From the NCBI GenBank assembly GCA_964472715.1, contig CAYYMT010000001.1, positions 13,321-77,320 on the forward strand: 64,000 nt of DNA, read 5' to 3'. Under the pieces are notes generated by a model that saw only the letters and a program-made list of their open reading frames with translations, ran no database searches and was not told the DNA's origin. Made by a program: the position numbers and the translations under genes. Origin of the DNA: an uncultured bacterium. GTDB lineage: Bacteria; Fidelibacterota; UBA2242; JAFGTP01. Shown here piece after piece: positions 18,999 through 29,023 of this stretch. Numbering within the stretch: the first letter of the stretch is position 1; every line of letters starts with the position of its first letter.

Positions 18999-20693
18999 AT
19001 GGACTTTATTCATCGTTTTCTAACAAGTTTTGCTGATCTGATCTGGGCAACACCGGAATTTTTTCCACTGATGGTTGTCTTACTGATTTTTACCGGTTTT
19101 TTAATGACAATTAAGACGAGATTTATCCAGTTCCGGAAATTCTTTCACGGCTGGAAAGTGATGTTCGGTGTGTATGATGATCCGGAAGATCAGGGAGAAA
19201 TCTCCTCTTTTCAGGCTATTTCCGCGGCCCTGTCCGCAACGGTGGGAATTGGTAACATTGCCGGTGTGGCGACCGCCATTCACTATGGTGGCCCCGGCGC
19301 TTTATTCTGGATGTGGATCACCGCGATCTTAGGCATGTCGCTTAAATTCGCCGAAATAACCCTGGCGATCAAGTTTCGTAGTATCGATCGCGACGGTGAA
19401 GTTGCCGGCGGTCCCATGTATTACATTGAAAAGGGATTAGGCAAAAACTGGAAATGGATGGCCGTGGTTTTTGGCGGCGCTGTAATGCTGTCAGCATTAG
19501 CCACAGGAAATACGATTCAATCTTTTACAGTGGCCGACCAGTTCCGTTCCGTTTTTAATATTCCCACCTGGATCACCGGACTGGTGGTGGCTTCCCTCGT
19601 CGGTATGGTTGTCCTGGGCGGCATTAAGCGGATCGGCCGGGTGGCTTCAATTTTAGCTCCCGGAATGTGTATTATCTATATTGTCGGTGGCTTGGTAATC
19701 TTAGCCCTGAATATCACGGAAATTCCCGATACTTTTGCACTGATTTTTCGATCCGCCTTTTCAAAAACAGCAAAGATCGGCGGGTTTGCCGGCAGCGGAT
19801 TTTTATTCATGATGATGTGGGGTATCAAGCGCGGGTTGTTCTCCAATGAGGCCGGTCAGGGCAGCGCGCCGATTGTATTCGCCGCCGCCAAAAGCAGCGA
19901 ACATGTCAGAGACGGTATTTTGTCCATGCTGGGGCCCTTTATCGACACCCTCAGTGTTTGTACCATTACCGGATTAGTGATCGTTATAACAGGCGTCTGG
20001 CAGGATAAAGATGATGTGGTATTGCCAATCAACACCCAGGCAAACCTGCAGATCATTACAGCCGATTCACAGGTTGCTGAAAATTCCGAAATTGACGGCG
20101 AATTGCTGGCCAGTACAACTGTCCCTGTCTCTGATGGTATTGCAAAAAATATTTATTTTGTGCGGAATCATTCAATTGTAGAAGCAGCTCTGGTTCTGCT
20201 TGATGATAAACCTTTCAGTGGAGAATTGATACTGAATAAGAATGGCAATGTTACCAATGATTTTGATGAAAACCTGGTATTACAGGGAAAAATGATGAAA
20301 AACGGTTCCCCCCTGACCACCTGGGCTTTTAAACGGGGATTAGCGCCTGTTGCCGGTGATTATGGTGGCTACCTGATCACGATCTCGGTGTTCTTTTTTG
20401 CCATCTCCACAACAATTTCCTGGTCTTATTACGGGAACCGTGGCGCCTTTTATCTCTGGGGCCATAAAGTGAGCGAAATATACAAATGGATTTTCGTGAT
20501 CATGGTCTTTTTCGGGGCTATTGTTTCTTTGGAAACTGTCTGGGCTTTCGGTGATGTGGCCATTGGGTTTATGGCGATTCCGAATCTGATTGCTTTGATC
20601 TTGCTGTCCAATGTGGTAAAAAAAGATACCGCCGACTACACCGCCCGTAAACATTTAACCTATAAAGAAAAATTGCAACAAAGACAAAAATAA
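18999..20693 (+). CDS. agcS: Alanine/glycine:cation symporter (AGCS family) with a ~110-aa insertion
   Basis: SAALSATVGIGNIAGVATAIHYGGPGALFWMW is the AGCS signature. A good RBS (gagggga) lies 8 nt before the ATG at 18999; the ORF track starts at 18948. An extra hydrophilic segment sits at ~aa 340-450. Confidence 0.75.
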   Translation: MDFIHRFLTSFADLIWATPEFFPLMVVLLIFTGFLMTIKTRFIQFRKFFHGWKVMFGVYDDPEDQGEISSFQAISAALSATVGIGNIAGVATAIHYGGPGALFWMWITAILGMSLKFAEITLAIKFRSIDRDGEVAGGPMYYIEKGLGKNWKWMAVVFGGAVMLSALATGNTIQSFTVADQFRSVFNIPTWITGLVVASLVGMVVLGGIKRIGRVASILAPGMCIIYIVGGLVILALNITEIPDTFALIFRSAFSKTAKIGGFAGSGFLFMMMWGIKRGLFSNEAGQGSAPIVFAAAKSSEHVRDGILSMLGPFIDTLSVCTITGLVIVITGVWQDKDDVVLPINTQANLQIITADSQVAENSEIDGELLASTTVPVSDGIAKNIYFVRNHSIVEAALVLLDDKPFSGELILNKNGNVTNDFDENLVLQGKMMKNGSPLTTWAFKRGLAPVAGDYGGYLITISVFFFAISTTISWSYYGNRGAFYLWGHKVSEIYKWIFVIMVFFGAIVSLETVWAFGDVAIGFMAIPNLIALILLSNVVKKDTADYTARKHLTYKEKLQQRQK

Positions 20694-20720
20694 ATTAATT
20701 TCAAAATGATCTTTCAAATA

Positions 20721-20755
20721 AAAAGCGGCAATTTCGGTTGTCGCTTTTCTTTATT
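20721..20755 (+). terminator. Rho-independent terminator after agcS
   Basis: Stem aagcggcaa / ttgtcgctt with one G-U pair, followed by ttttctttatt. Confidence 0.5.
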
Positions 20756-20773
20756 AACAACAGGGAGTCGCAA

Positions 20774-21544
20774 ATGAATACCGGTTACATAAGAAATATT
20801 CTGCAGGAAACCGGCCGGGAAGCCGCCGGATTTATCAGAAATAATGCCGCTGATTTCGGTGATAAAAAATTCAAGGGACGGGTGGATATGGTAACGGATA
20901 TTGATCTGGGCGCCGAAAAGATCATTTTAAATAAAATCCGGCAACACTTTCCTGACCACTCAATCGTTACAGAGGAATCCGATAACAAGGATACTTCTTC
21001 GAATTATCGCTGGATCATTGACCCTCTGGACGGGACCACAAATTTTGTCCATTCCTTTCCTTTTGTGGCGGTATCAATTGGACTTGAGTACAGAAGTGAA
21101 ATGATCATGGGAATCGTGTATAATCCGTTTATGCGGGAGTATTTTTTTGCGGAGAAAGACAAAGGCGCCTTTTTAAATGATAAACCCATCCATGTTTCCG
21201 GCAATAAAACATTAAAAGCATCCCTCCTGTCAACGGGTTTCCCCTATGACCTCTCAAAGCATTTTGAACGCAATATGCAGCTTTTCAGCAAAATCTACCG
21301 GAAAACCCAGGGCATTCGCAGAGCCGGTTCGGCGGCGCTGGACTTATGCTATGTGGCTTGTGGAAGGTTTGACGGATTCTGGGAGTATGACCTCAATCCC
21401 TGGGATGTTGCGGCCGGATCGCTAATTGTCAGCGAAGCCGGAGGAAAACTTTCAAATTTTAGCGGTGATAACCTGGATATCTATAGTGATGAGATCATGG
21501 CGACAAATGGATTGATCCACAAGGAATTACTGGAAAATTTTTAG
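20774..21544 (+). CDS. suhB: Inositol monophosphatase family protein (SuhB-like)
   Basis: WIIDPLDGTTNFVHSFPFVAVSIGL is the IMPase metal-binding motif. RBS agggag sits before the ATG at 20774; the ORF track begins at 20738. Confidence 0.85.
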   Translation: MNTGYIRNILQETGREAAGFIRNNAADFGDKKFKGRVDMVTDIDLGAEKIILNKIRQHFPDHSIVTEESDNKDTSSNYRWIIDPLDGTTNFVHSFPFVAVSIGLEYRSEMIMGIVYNPFMREYFFAEKDKGAFLNDKPIHVSGNKTLKASLLSTGFPYDLSKHFERNMQLFSKIYRKTQGIRRAGSAALDLCYVACGRFDGFWEYDLNPWDVAAGSLIVSEAGGKLSNFSGDNLDIYSDEIMATNGLIHKELLENF

Positions 21545-21556
21545 CACAATCCTGAA

Positions 21557-21946
21557 TTAATTACTCTTAACAGTATTCGCGATATTATTGATCGCCTCCT
21601 CTATTAAGGAAATATCTGTTACAGGCTTGAAAAAAATTTCATTATAAACCTGGTCAAGATTGACAATTTTTTCCGATACAGTGAATTCTGTTGATCCGGT
21701 GTAAATAATATAGCCGAGATGAGGATTTTCCTGGTAAGTTTGTTCGATAAATACATCGCCGTCAATACCGGGCAGGCGTAAGTCAACAATAACAACATCG
21801 ACTTGCTCGTCTTTAATTTTTTGCAGGGCATCTTCAGCGGTTTCAGAAGTTAAAACATTATAACCGCAATCTTCCAAATAGGAAAAAAGACTGAACCGTA
21901 CTGCTTCGTCATCATCCAAAACAAGAATTGATATCTCTTGCGTCAT
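21557..21946 (-). CDS. Single-domain response regulator (CheY-like receiver)
   Basis: ILVLDDDEAVRFSL...VDVVIVDLRLPGIDG carries the phospho-acceptor Asp (DLRLP) and a conserved receiver layout. 129 aa with no output domain. Confidence 0.7.
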   Translation of the reverse strand: MTQEISILVLDDDEAVRFSLFSYLEDCGYNVLTSETAEDALQKIKDEQVDVVIVDLRLPGIDGDVFIEQTYQENPHLGYIIYTGSTEFTVSEKIVNLDQVYNEIFFKPVTDISLIEEAINNIANTVKSN

Positions 21947-22137
21947 GCTAACCTACTCCTTTATCAGCAAATTACTGCTTTTAATTATCGACATATAAGT
22001 GCGTAAGATTAATTATTTTATTAAAAAAAAACAATAAAAATCTTATTCTGTAATAAAATAATGAATTTTATTGTTTTTTATTAAATTTGTATTAAAATTA
22101 TATAAATTTTCAGTCAGTAACTATTTCCGGACATTCC

Positions 22138-24264
22138 TTAATATTCATAAATCGGTACCTCTTTAAAGGCTTTGACCCTCTCACCCGCTGTTTGGTTGAA
22201 TTCATCAATGGGTGAATAAGTCCCGCTTTTATAAGGGTAAATATGGATAGCCTGTCCGCCACTGGGTGATAAAACCGCGTGTATGTGATCCTGGCCGGTT
22301 ACCAAATATTTTCCGATTTCAATTTCAGTGGGTGACGTTTTCCAGTTTGTCAATACCGCATCGGCAAAGATATGGGCGACATATTTTGTATCATCATCAA
22401 GGAATTTTAAATCGATTTTAAAATCACGGCCCAATTCATCGGTCGTGGCGCCGATAAACCACTCTTTTCCTTTTCGCCTGGCCATTACCAAATAATCACC
22501 AACTGCCGCGGTCAGCACTTTTGACTCATCCCAGTCGGTATAAACGGCATCTATAAAATCAAAGGCCGGCTGTCCTTCATAGTTTTCAATCAGGTCAGCG
22601 GCCATTTGCCAGGGCGAATAAATATTGATGTAGTAGGACAATTGCTTGGCCAGAGTTGTGTAAACCCTGAAATCTTTTTTATAGCGGTCGAACGTAATAT
22701 CAAAAATTCCCGGTGTAAAATCCATTGGCCCGCCCAGTAAGCGCGTAAACGGTAATATCACGGTATGTTGCGGGGAAAGGCCTGCACTCCAGGCATTGTA
22801 CTCCATTCCCATGGCGCCTTCTCTGGTCATCATGTTCGGATATGTCCTGCGAATGCCGGTGGGCTTTATGGGTTCATGGGCATTGATCATAATTTTGTGA
22901 TCAGCGGCCATTTTTATCACATCCCGGTAATGATTGACCATCCACTGGCCATGATGATGCTGTCCTCTGGGAATGATGTCCCCCACATAACCGGTTTTGA
23001 TCAATGGAATATCGAGTCTTTCGTAATAGTCAAAGGCATCTTCCATCTGATCGATGTAATTTAAAACATTGGCAGCGGTTTCATGATGGCCAATAATATT
23101 GACGCCATGTTTTTTACCGTAGGCCACAACTTCTTCATAATCCATATCATCATAGGGAGTTGTATAATTCTGGGCGGTTTCACGGGCTCCAAAACCTTCC
23201 CAGCCGATGTTCCAGCCTTCGATGAGTAAACCGCTGATATCATGCTGAGCGGCAAAATCAATATAGGCTTTGGCGTTTTCTGTGGTGGCGCCATGATCCG
23301 GTCCGGCGAACCAGGTGTGTTTATTCAGGTGCATGCTCCACCAGATACCCATATATTTTCCCGTGGTGATCCAGGAGGTATCATTCAACTTGTTTGGTTC
23401 ATTCAGATTTAAGATCATACCGGATTCAATCAATCCCGCGGCATCATCGGATATTTGTATTGTGCGCCAGGGAGTTAACATAGGATAGGTGGATCTTACT
23501 TTAATTCCGTCAGGCCACGGGACCAATTCCGATTTAAGGCCCTTATCATCTTTAATCAATGTCATGCCCGCATAATCAGTCAATGCGGCCTCATGAATGC
23601 TGAGATGCCGGTGACCGGTTTTAGATTTAAAAGTTATTGGCGTATTGACAGCGACAACTTTTTCATAATCAGTTACTTCATAATTTCTTTCATAAGAATC
23701 AAAATCCTGGGGAATCCACCAGGTCAGATAATCGCCGGTAAGGTTGAACTCACTATTTTCGGAAATTACCTTAATGCTGTCCCCCGGAGTTCCCTTTACT
23801 TTATAACGAAACCCAATACCATCATCAAAAGCCCGAAAATAGATATCCATACCAAAATTTTTATCGGCCTGTGAAATCAAAGAAATTTTCATTTCATTGT
23901 AATGATTGCGAATTCTTTTGTTTTCACCCCAAACCATTTCCCAGGTATCATCCAATGAGTGTCTGGCAACTGCGCCTATTTTAAATTTCTCAAAGATCTT
24001 CTCCCGGCCCTGGATCAAAAATCCAAGTGATGAAGGCATGATTATTTGTTCTTCATTATGATTCACTGAATAACAGGGAATTCCGTCGTTTAGTGAAAAA
24101 TTTACTATAATAGTCTTATCCGGTGATGTTAGCTGTTGTTCCCGTTTAGATGAACTGCAATTACTTACTAGCAATCCGATCAAAATTACAAAAATATTGA
24201 ATTTTAAATGTTTCATTCCTAACCTCATTTTGATTCCCTGTTTTACAGTTGTTAATGCTGTCAA
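22138..24264 (-). CDS. Glycoside hydrolase family 97 (alpha-glucosidase/alpha-galactosidase-like) lipoprotein
   Basis: HHHGQWMVNHYRDVIKMAADHKIMINAHEPIKPTG resembles the GH97 catalytic core (QWMVNHY...MVNAHEA.RPTG). A lipobox LLVSNC follows MKHLKFNIFVILIG, so the true start may be an internal Met near 24216. Length is 708 aa. Confidence 0.65.
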   Translation of the reverse strand: MTALTTVKQGIKMRLGMKHLKFNIFVILIGLLVSNCSSSKREQQLTSPDKTIIVNFSLNDGIPCYSVNHNEEQIIMPSSLGFLIQGREKIFEKFKIGAVARHSLDDTWEMVWGENKRIRNHYNEMKISLISQADKNFGMDIYFRAFDDGIGFRYKVKGTPGDSIKVISENSEFNLTGDYLTWWIPQDFDSYERNYEVTDYEKVVAVNTPITFKSKTGHRHLSIHEAALTDYAGMTLIKDDKGLKSELVPWPDGIKVRSTYPMLTPWRTIQISDDAAGLIESGMILNLNEPNKLNDTSWITTGKYMGIWWSMHLNKHTWFAGPDHGATTENAKAYIDFAAQHDISGLLIEGWNIGWEGFGARETAQNYTTPYDDMDYEEVVAYGKKHGVNIIGHHETAANVLNYIDQMEDAFDYYERLDIPLIKTGYVGDIIPRGQHHHGQWMVNHYRDVIKMAADHKIMINAHEPIKPTGIRRTYPNMMTREGAMGMEYNAWSAGLSPQHTVILPFTRLLGGPMDFTPGIFDITFDRYKKDFRVYTTLAKQLSYYINIYSPWQMAADLIENYEGQPAFDFIDAVYTDWDESKVLTAAVGDYLVMARRKGKEWFIGATTDELGRDFKIDLKFLDDDTKYVAHIFADAVLTNWKTSPTEIEIGKYLVTGQDHIHAVLSPSGGQAIHIYPYKSGTYSPIDEFNQTAGERVKAFKEVPIYEY

Positions 24265-25934
24265 TATGAACTCACTGCCGACTGTCTGCGCCTGTCAGCC
24301 ACTCCCAAAAACAATCCCGCGTTTTCATCGACAGCAATTGCATTTAAATCACCCATAAATCCTCGCTCCGTCAGATCGTATCCCATTTTGATCAGCGCTT
24401 CTTCCAGTTGCGGGTACAGGCTATACCGCTCAAAATATATTTTGTCCGGAAACCACTGGTGGTGAAAGCGTGGCGCGTGGACCGCCTGCCTGATATCCAT
24501 CTTGAAATCAACCAGATTAACAATGGCCTGGGTAACGGTCGTGATAATTGTTGACCCTCCGGGTGTGCCAAGAATATATTTCAAACTGTCATTTTTAGTC
24601 ACAATGGTTGGCGTCATGGCGCTTAGCATTTTCTTTCCCGGCTGTACAGAATTTGCCTCTGAGCCCAATAGTCCGTATTGATTAGGCTCACCCGGTTTAA
24701 TTGAGAAATCATCCATCTCATTATTCATCAAAATACCTGTGCCTTCGACAACAAAGGCGCTGCCATAGGATGAATTCAGAGTTGTGGTATTGGCAATGGC
24801 AAGGCCATTTTTATCAATGATTGAAAAATGGGTGGTTTGTTCGCTCTCATCAATATAAACCGGATTGATGGCTGGGCTTTTTCCGGCGGTATTATATTTT
24901 ATTTCTGTTGCCAAGGAATCATTAAGACGGTCGGAAAGGAGATAGTCGGAATGATTATTCACAAAAGCCGGGTCTCCCAGATATTTCGACCGGTTTGCAT
25001 AGGCAAAGCGCTCGGCTTCCACCAATTTATGAATTGCGTCTTTTGAATAATAACCATAATGACCCATGGGGAAATTCTCAATAATTTTTAATATCTGTCC
25101 CATGCAGATTCCACCGCTGCTGGGCGGCCCCATGCTGATAATATCATAATCACGATAGGAAAAACCCAAAGGCTGACGTTCAATAGCGCGATATCCTTTC
25201 AGGTCCTCATAGCGGATAATTCCCCCGTTGGCAGACATGGAACGGGCGATTTTCAGGGCGGTAAGTCCGCGATAAAATTCGTCAGCGCCTTCTTCTGCTA
25301 TGCGCGTTAATGTTTCCGCCAAATCCGGAAATTTGATCAATTCACCCACCGCCGGCACTTCTTCGGAAGGAAAAAACATTGCTCTGGTAGAAGGATACTG
25401 GTTCATCTCATCATAATGACCTTTCAGACCGGTATAGATGTGGTAAGTGACCGGAAAACCATTTTCAGCCAGATCAATGGCCGGCTGGATCAGTTTGTTC
25501 CAGGGCAGAAGTCCGTATTTTTCCCAGGCCAAGGCCATTCCGGCAACGGTTCCCGGAACACCCGCCGACATAGGACCTTCGGTGGATAAGCCGGGTATCG
25601 GATTACCATTGGAATCCAGGTACATGTCTTCGGTGGCTTTTTGCGGGGCTTTTTCCCGGTAATCGATAGTTGTGGATGTGCCGTCGGGAAACCTGATAAC
25701 CATAAATCCGCCGCCGCCGATATTACCGGCTTCCGGCCAGACTACTGACAGCGCAAAACTAACAGCCACAGCCGCATCTACGCTGTTGCCGCCATCTTTC
25801 ATGATTTGGATACCGATGTCGGAAGCGATTTTTGAGGCTGATACGACAACGCCATTTTTTCCGGCTTCAAAGGTCTGTGCCTGTACCAATGAAATAATAA
25901 TCAATAAACAAAAAAGTAATTTTGGGGGTTTCAT
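24261..25934 (-). CDS. ggt: Gamma-glutamyltranspeptidase
   Basis: Signal peptide present. GGGGFMVIRF and the autoprocessing/nucleophile region TTHFSIIDKNGLAIANTTTLN are both GGT hallmarks. 557 aa. Confidence 0.85.
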   Translation of the reverse strand: MKPPKLLFCLLIIISLVQAQTFEAGKNGVVVSASKIASDIGIQIMKDGGNSVDAAVAVSFALSVVWPEAGNIGGGGFMVIRFPDGTSTTIDYREKAPQKATEDMYLDSNGNPIPGLSTEGPMSAGVPGTVAGMALAWEKYGLLPWNKLIQPAIDLAENGFPVTYHIYTGLKGHYDEMNQYPSTRAMFFPSEEVPAVGELIKFPDLAETLTRIAEEGADEFYRGLTALKIARSMSANGGIIRYEDLKGYRAIERQPLGFSYRDYDIISMGPPSSGGICMGQILKIIENFPMGHYGYYSKDAIHKLVEAERFAYANRSKYLGDPAFVNNHSDYLLSDRLNDSLATEIKYNTAGKSPAINPVYIDESEQTTHFSIIDKNGLAIANTTTLNSSYGSAFVVEGTGILMNNEMDDFSIKPGEPNQYGLLGSEANSVQPGKKMLSAMTPTIVTKNDSLKYILGTPGGSTIITTVTQAIVNLVDFKMDIRQAVHAPRFHHQWFPDKIYFERYSLYPQLEEALIKMGYDLTERGFMGDLNAIAVDENAGLFLGVADRRRQSAVSSY

Positions 25935-26923
25935 AATTGGAATGCATCCTCTATGTGTTTAATATTGAATTTATTGTTTTTTATGATAATGGAAATAATA
26001 TCAAATCTACAGTTCATATCTTCCAGCGCCTTCTCAGCCAGGTAAGCTTCGGCAATTTTATACAGCTGTGTTTGCTTGGCCTCATCCACCTTTTCCTCAG
26101 GCAGACCAAAATTGTCACTGCGCAGGGTTTTGACTTCCACAAAACTCAGCACATCATCCCTGCTGGCAATGATATCAATTTCACCAAACCTGGAAAAGTG
26201 ATAGTTCCTGTCAATTATTTTATATTTTTTTTGATGTAAATAATAGGCGGCATGATTTTCACCAATGGCGCCTAAAGTGCGGTTATTGGTAATTCGCCTG
26301 ATATCGAATTCAAAACCGGCAACCCGTTTGAAACTGAAACGATGAATAGGTGAAGCGCCATATTTTTCAATGGCGGCACAATGGTCTCTGGTACCATATC
26401 CTTTGTGTTTTCCAAAGCCATACTGCGGGAAGATCCGGTCAAAATCCTGCATCAACCGATCACGATATACTTTTGCGATAATTGAAGCCGCGGCAATGGA
26501 ATAGCATTTTCCGTCGCCGCCGACAATTGATTCCTGGGGAATAATTGCATTTTTCAGAGGTCTCCCGTCGACCAGTAATAAATCTATCGGAAGCCGTGTC
26601 TGGCCGATTGCCATTCGCATGGCTTTATGGGTGGCATTGAGAATATTGATTTTATCGATCAGGGTAAAATCTGCTATTCCGATACCAACAGCCCGGGCTT
26701 CCGCCATGATCCGGTCATAAAGAAGCGCACGTTTATTTTCTGTCAATGTTTTAGAGTCATTAACACCTTCGATGGGTGAATGGTCTTCATCGAAAATGAC
26801 TGCGGCGGCAACCACAGGGCCGGCCAGTGGACCGCGGCCCGCTTCGTCGACACCGGCAAGAATTTTTCTTCCCTGAATCCAGTGGTTTTGTTCAATATCC
26901 AGTGTTAATGTTTTCGCAGACAT
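25931..26923 (-). CDS. rnhB: Ribonuclease HII fused to a C-terminal YraN/UPF0102-family endonuclease domain
   Basis: N-terminal ILAGVDEAGRGPLAGPVVAAAVIF is the RNase HII active-site motif. C-terminal GENHAAYYLHQKKYKIIDRNYHFSRFGEIDIIASRDDVLSFVEVKTLRS matches the YraN consensus (GEiDli...vFVEVK.R). Confidence 0.8.
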   Translation of the reverse strand: MSAKTLTLDIEQNHWIQGRKILAGVDEAGRGPLAGPVVAAAVIFDEDHSPIEGVNDSKTLTENKRALLYDRIMAEARAVGIGIADFTLIDKINILNATHKAMRMAIGQTRLPIDLLLVDGRPLKNAIIPQESIVGGDGKCYSIAAASIIAKVYRDRLMQDFDRIFPQYGFGKHKGYGTRDHCAAIEKYGASPIHRFSFKRVAGFEFDIRRITNNRTLGAIGENHAAYYLHQKKYKIIDRNYHFSRFGEIDIIASRDDVLSFVEVKTLRSDNFGLPEEKVDEAKQTQLYKIAEAYLAEKALEDMNCRFDIISIIIKNNKFNIKHIEDAFQL

Positions 26924-27023
26924 TGGTTAATATATTTAGTTCCCGGCTTTTGATAATTACCCAGGGAATTTATAAATAAACTTGTTTTGTACAAAATATA
27001 AATTAAAAAGGATACCCTATTAT

Positions 27024-27056
27024 AAAAATCCCGGAAAATATTCCGGGATTTTTACG
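27024..27056 (-). terminator. Bidirectional rho-independent terminator downstream of the SDR gene
   Basis: Perfect 12-bp stem aaaatcccggaa / ttccgggatttt with a 4-nt loop, flanked by A/T runs on both sides. Confidence 0.65.
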
Positions 27057-27090
27057 GTTATTATTATTTCTGTTTTTCAGGGAACTAAAT

Positions 27091-27861
27091 TTATTGAGCG
27101 GTATATCCGCCATCTATCACAAGTTCAGCACCTGTGACAAATTTTGATTCATCGGACGCGAGATAGACAACACCATAACCAATATCGTCAGGCTCACCTA
27201 CATGGCCAATGGGATGCCTGGCATCCAGCTGTTTGCGAAATTCATCAACGCCTTCCGGTGATTCTTTAGCCAGATTCTCGACCAAAGGTGTCCAGATAAA
27301 CGCGGGATGAATTGAATTGACCCTGATTCCATCTTTGGCATAAAACAGGGCATCATTTTTACTTATCAGTGTAACGGCGCCTTTGGAAGCGTGATAGGGT
27401 GGCAAATCAGCGGCTCCCTGTATGCCATAAATCGATGACATATTGATAATGCTGCCACCGCCATTATCTTTCATATACGGGACAATATGTTTTGTGCAAT
27501 AAAAAACGCCATTGATGTTGACATCAATCACTTTCTTCCATTCATCCCTGTCAACTTTATGTGTGGGTTTATTAACTCCGGCAATTCCGGCATTATTGAC
27601 AAGGATATCAACTTTTCCAAATTCTTCTACAACTTCCGAAAACACTTTTTCGACTTCTTCTTCATTTGATGTATCCAGATGCCAGTACTTTGCTTTACCA
27701 TCGGTTTCATTTATATTATCGGCAACCTGTTTGCCTTCCGCATCTTTGATATCTGTTACAGCTACTTTTGCGCCTTCTCTGGCAAGTAATTCACAGGCGG
27801 ATTTCCCGATTCCCAGGGCTCCACCGGTAATGATTGCAACTTTATCCTGAACTCTTTTCAT
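27091..27861 (-). CDS. SDR family oxidoreductase (glucose 1-dehydrogenase / 3-oxoacyl-ACP reductase-like)
   Basis: VAIITGGALGIGKSACELLAREGAKV, NNAG, and S...Y..ASK are the classical SDR motifs. Confidence 0.8.
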   Translation of the reverse strand: MKRVQDKVAIITGGALGIGKSACELLAREGAKVAVTDIKDAEGKQVADNINETDGKAKYWHLDTSNEEEVEKVFSEVVEEFGKVDILVNNAGIAGVNKPTHKVDRDEWKKVIDVNINGVFYCTKHIVPYMKDNGGGSIINMSSIYGIQGAADLPPYHASKGAVTLISKNDALFYAKDGIRVNSIHPAFIWTPLVENLAKESPEGVDEFRKQLDARHPIGHVGEPDDIGYGVVYLASDESKFVTGAELVIDGGYTAQ

Positions 27862-28040
27862 AATACCTCCATTTTTATATTAAACTTACAACACTTCAAG
27901 ATATTGTTTATTTGAAGTTTATCTAACGAATCAATATAAACGTACAATATGCCAGCCGGAATGTCAAACGGGTGTGAAATCATCTGTTTAATAAAATCAG
28001 ATAATTATTTGTAATTTTAAAAAATCTTAAATTCTCTTTT

Positions 28041-28976
28041 ATGAGGTTAAATTCATTTAAGTCTCTAATTTTTAATATAAACATGATAATTTTTGCATTA
28101 TTAATCGCAGAGATTGAAAAAGAGAAAGCACAGCCATTGGAAAAGAAAAAACCAACCAAAAGCAACTGTCCTATTGGAATTTTTGATTCCGGCCTGGGCG
28201 GCATATCAGTGGTGAATGAAGTAGCCAAATTACTTCCCGCAGAATCAATTATCTATTTTGGCGATTCTGCAAATTGTCCATATGGTGAAAAATCAATTGA
28301 TGAAGTTATCTGGCTATCGGAAAAGATCACGGAATTCCTGATTTCCCGCAATTGTAAACTCATCATCACAGCCTGCAATACCGCCACCGGCCTGGCCATA
28401 AGGCATTTAAGAAAAAAATATGACCTGCCCTTCATTGGTATCGAGCCGGCGGTAAAACCGGCGGCAAAAGCATCCAAAACCGGCCATATCGGGGTTTTAG
28501 CCACCAGTAATACCTTCCGGAGTGATCATTTCATTAATACCAGGAGTCAACATGCCAATCATGTGAAAGTTCACGGCCAACCGGGAATTGGCCTGGCAGA
28601 AGCCGTGGAAAATAATCTTATTGAAGCGGGTTCAACAGAAGCACTGCTGACAAAATATCTGCAACCAATGATCAGTGAAAATATTGACGCCCTTGTGCTG
28701 GGATGCACCCATTATCCGTTTTTAGAGAAAAAGATACGGGGGATGCTTCCCGATGGGGTCAAAATGTACAATCCCGCGCCGGCAATTGCAGCAAGGACTC
28801 AACATGTATTGGCGGCAGACAATCTCCTAACCGAGGAAAAATCGGGTCGCTATCAATTTTTCACATCCGGAGATGTGCAGGTAATGCGATCATTTATCAG
28901 GAAAAATTTCACAGGATATAAACCCGGTGAAACAAAAGTCACAAATAACCCAATTGCCCCAGCCTCCTCAACCTAA
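28041..28976 (+). CDS. murI: Glutamate racemase with an N-terminal ~40-aa hydrophobic extension
   Basis: IGIFDSGLGGISVV and ACNTATG...FIGIEP match the two catalytic Cys regions of MurI. The start is uncertain; an alternative Met lies at 28083. Confidence 0.8.
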   Translation: MRLNSFKSLIFNINMIIFALLIAEIEKEKAQPLEKKKPTKSNCPIGIFDSGLGGISVVNEVAKLLPAESIIYFGDSANCPYGEKSIDEVIWLSEKITEFLISRNCKLIITACNTATGLAIRHLRKKYDLPFIGIEPAVKPAAKASKTGHIGVLATSNTFRSDHFINTRSQHANHVKVHGQPGIGLAEAVENNLIEAGSTEALLTKYLQPMISENIDALVLGCTHYPFLEKKIRGMLPDGVKMYNPAPAIAARTQHVLAADNLLTEEKSGRYQFFTSGDVQVMRSFIRKNFTGYKPGETKVTNNPIAPASST

Positions 28977-29023
28977 ACCTCAACCTTAACCTTAACCTCA
29001 ACCTTAACCTCAACCTTAACCTC
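28964..29023. repeat. Hexanucleotide microsatellite (CCTYAA)x10 spanning both convergent stop codons
   Basis: The sequence reads cctcaa cctaaa cctcaa ccttaa ccttaa cctcaa ccttaa cctcaa ccttaa cctcaa. The murI stop TAA (28974-28976) and the minus-strand MORN-gene stop (29022-29024) both lie inside the repeat. Confidence 0.85.

Noticed and set aside
28964-29023. I considered whether the tandem repeat could be a CRISPR array.
   Set aside because: The units are 6 bp and contiguous, with no spacers, and no cas genes lie nearby. It is a microsatellite, not a CRISPR.
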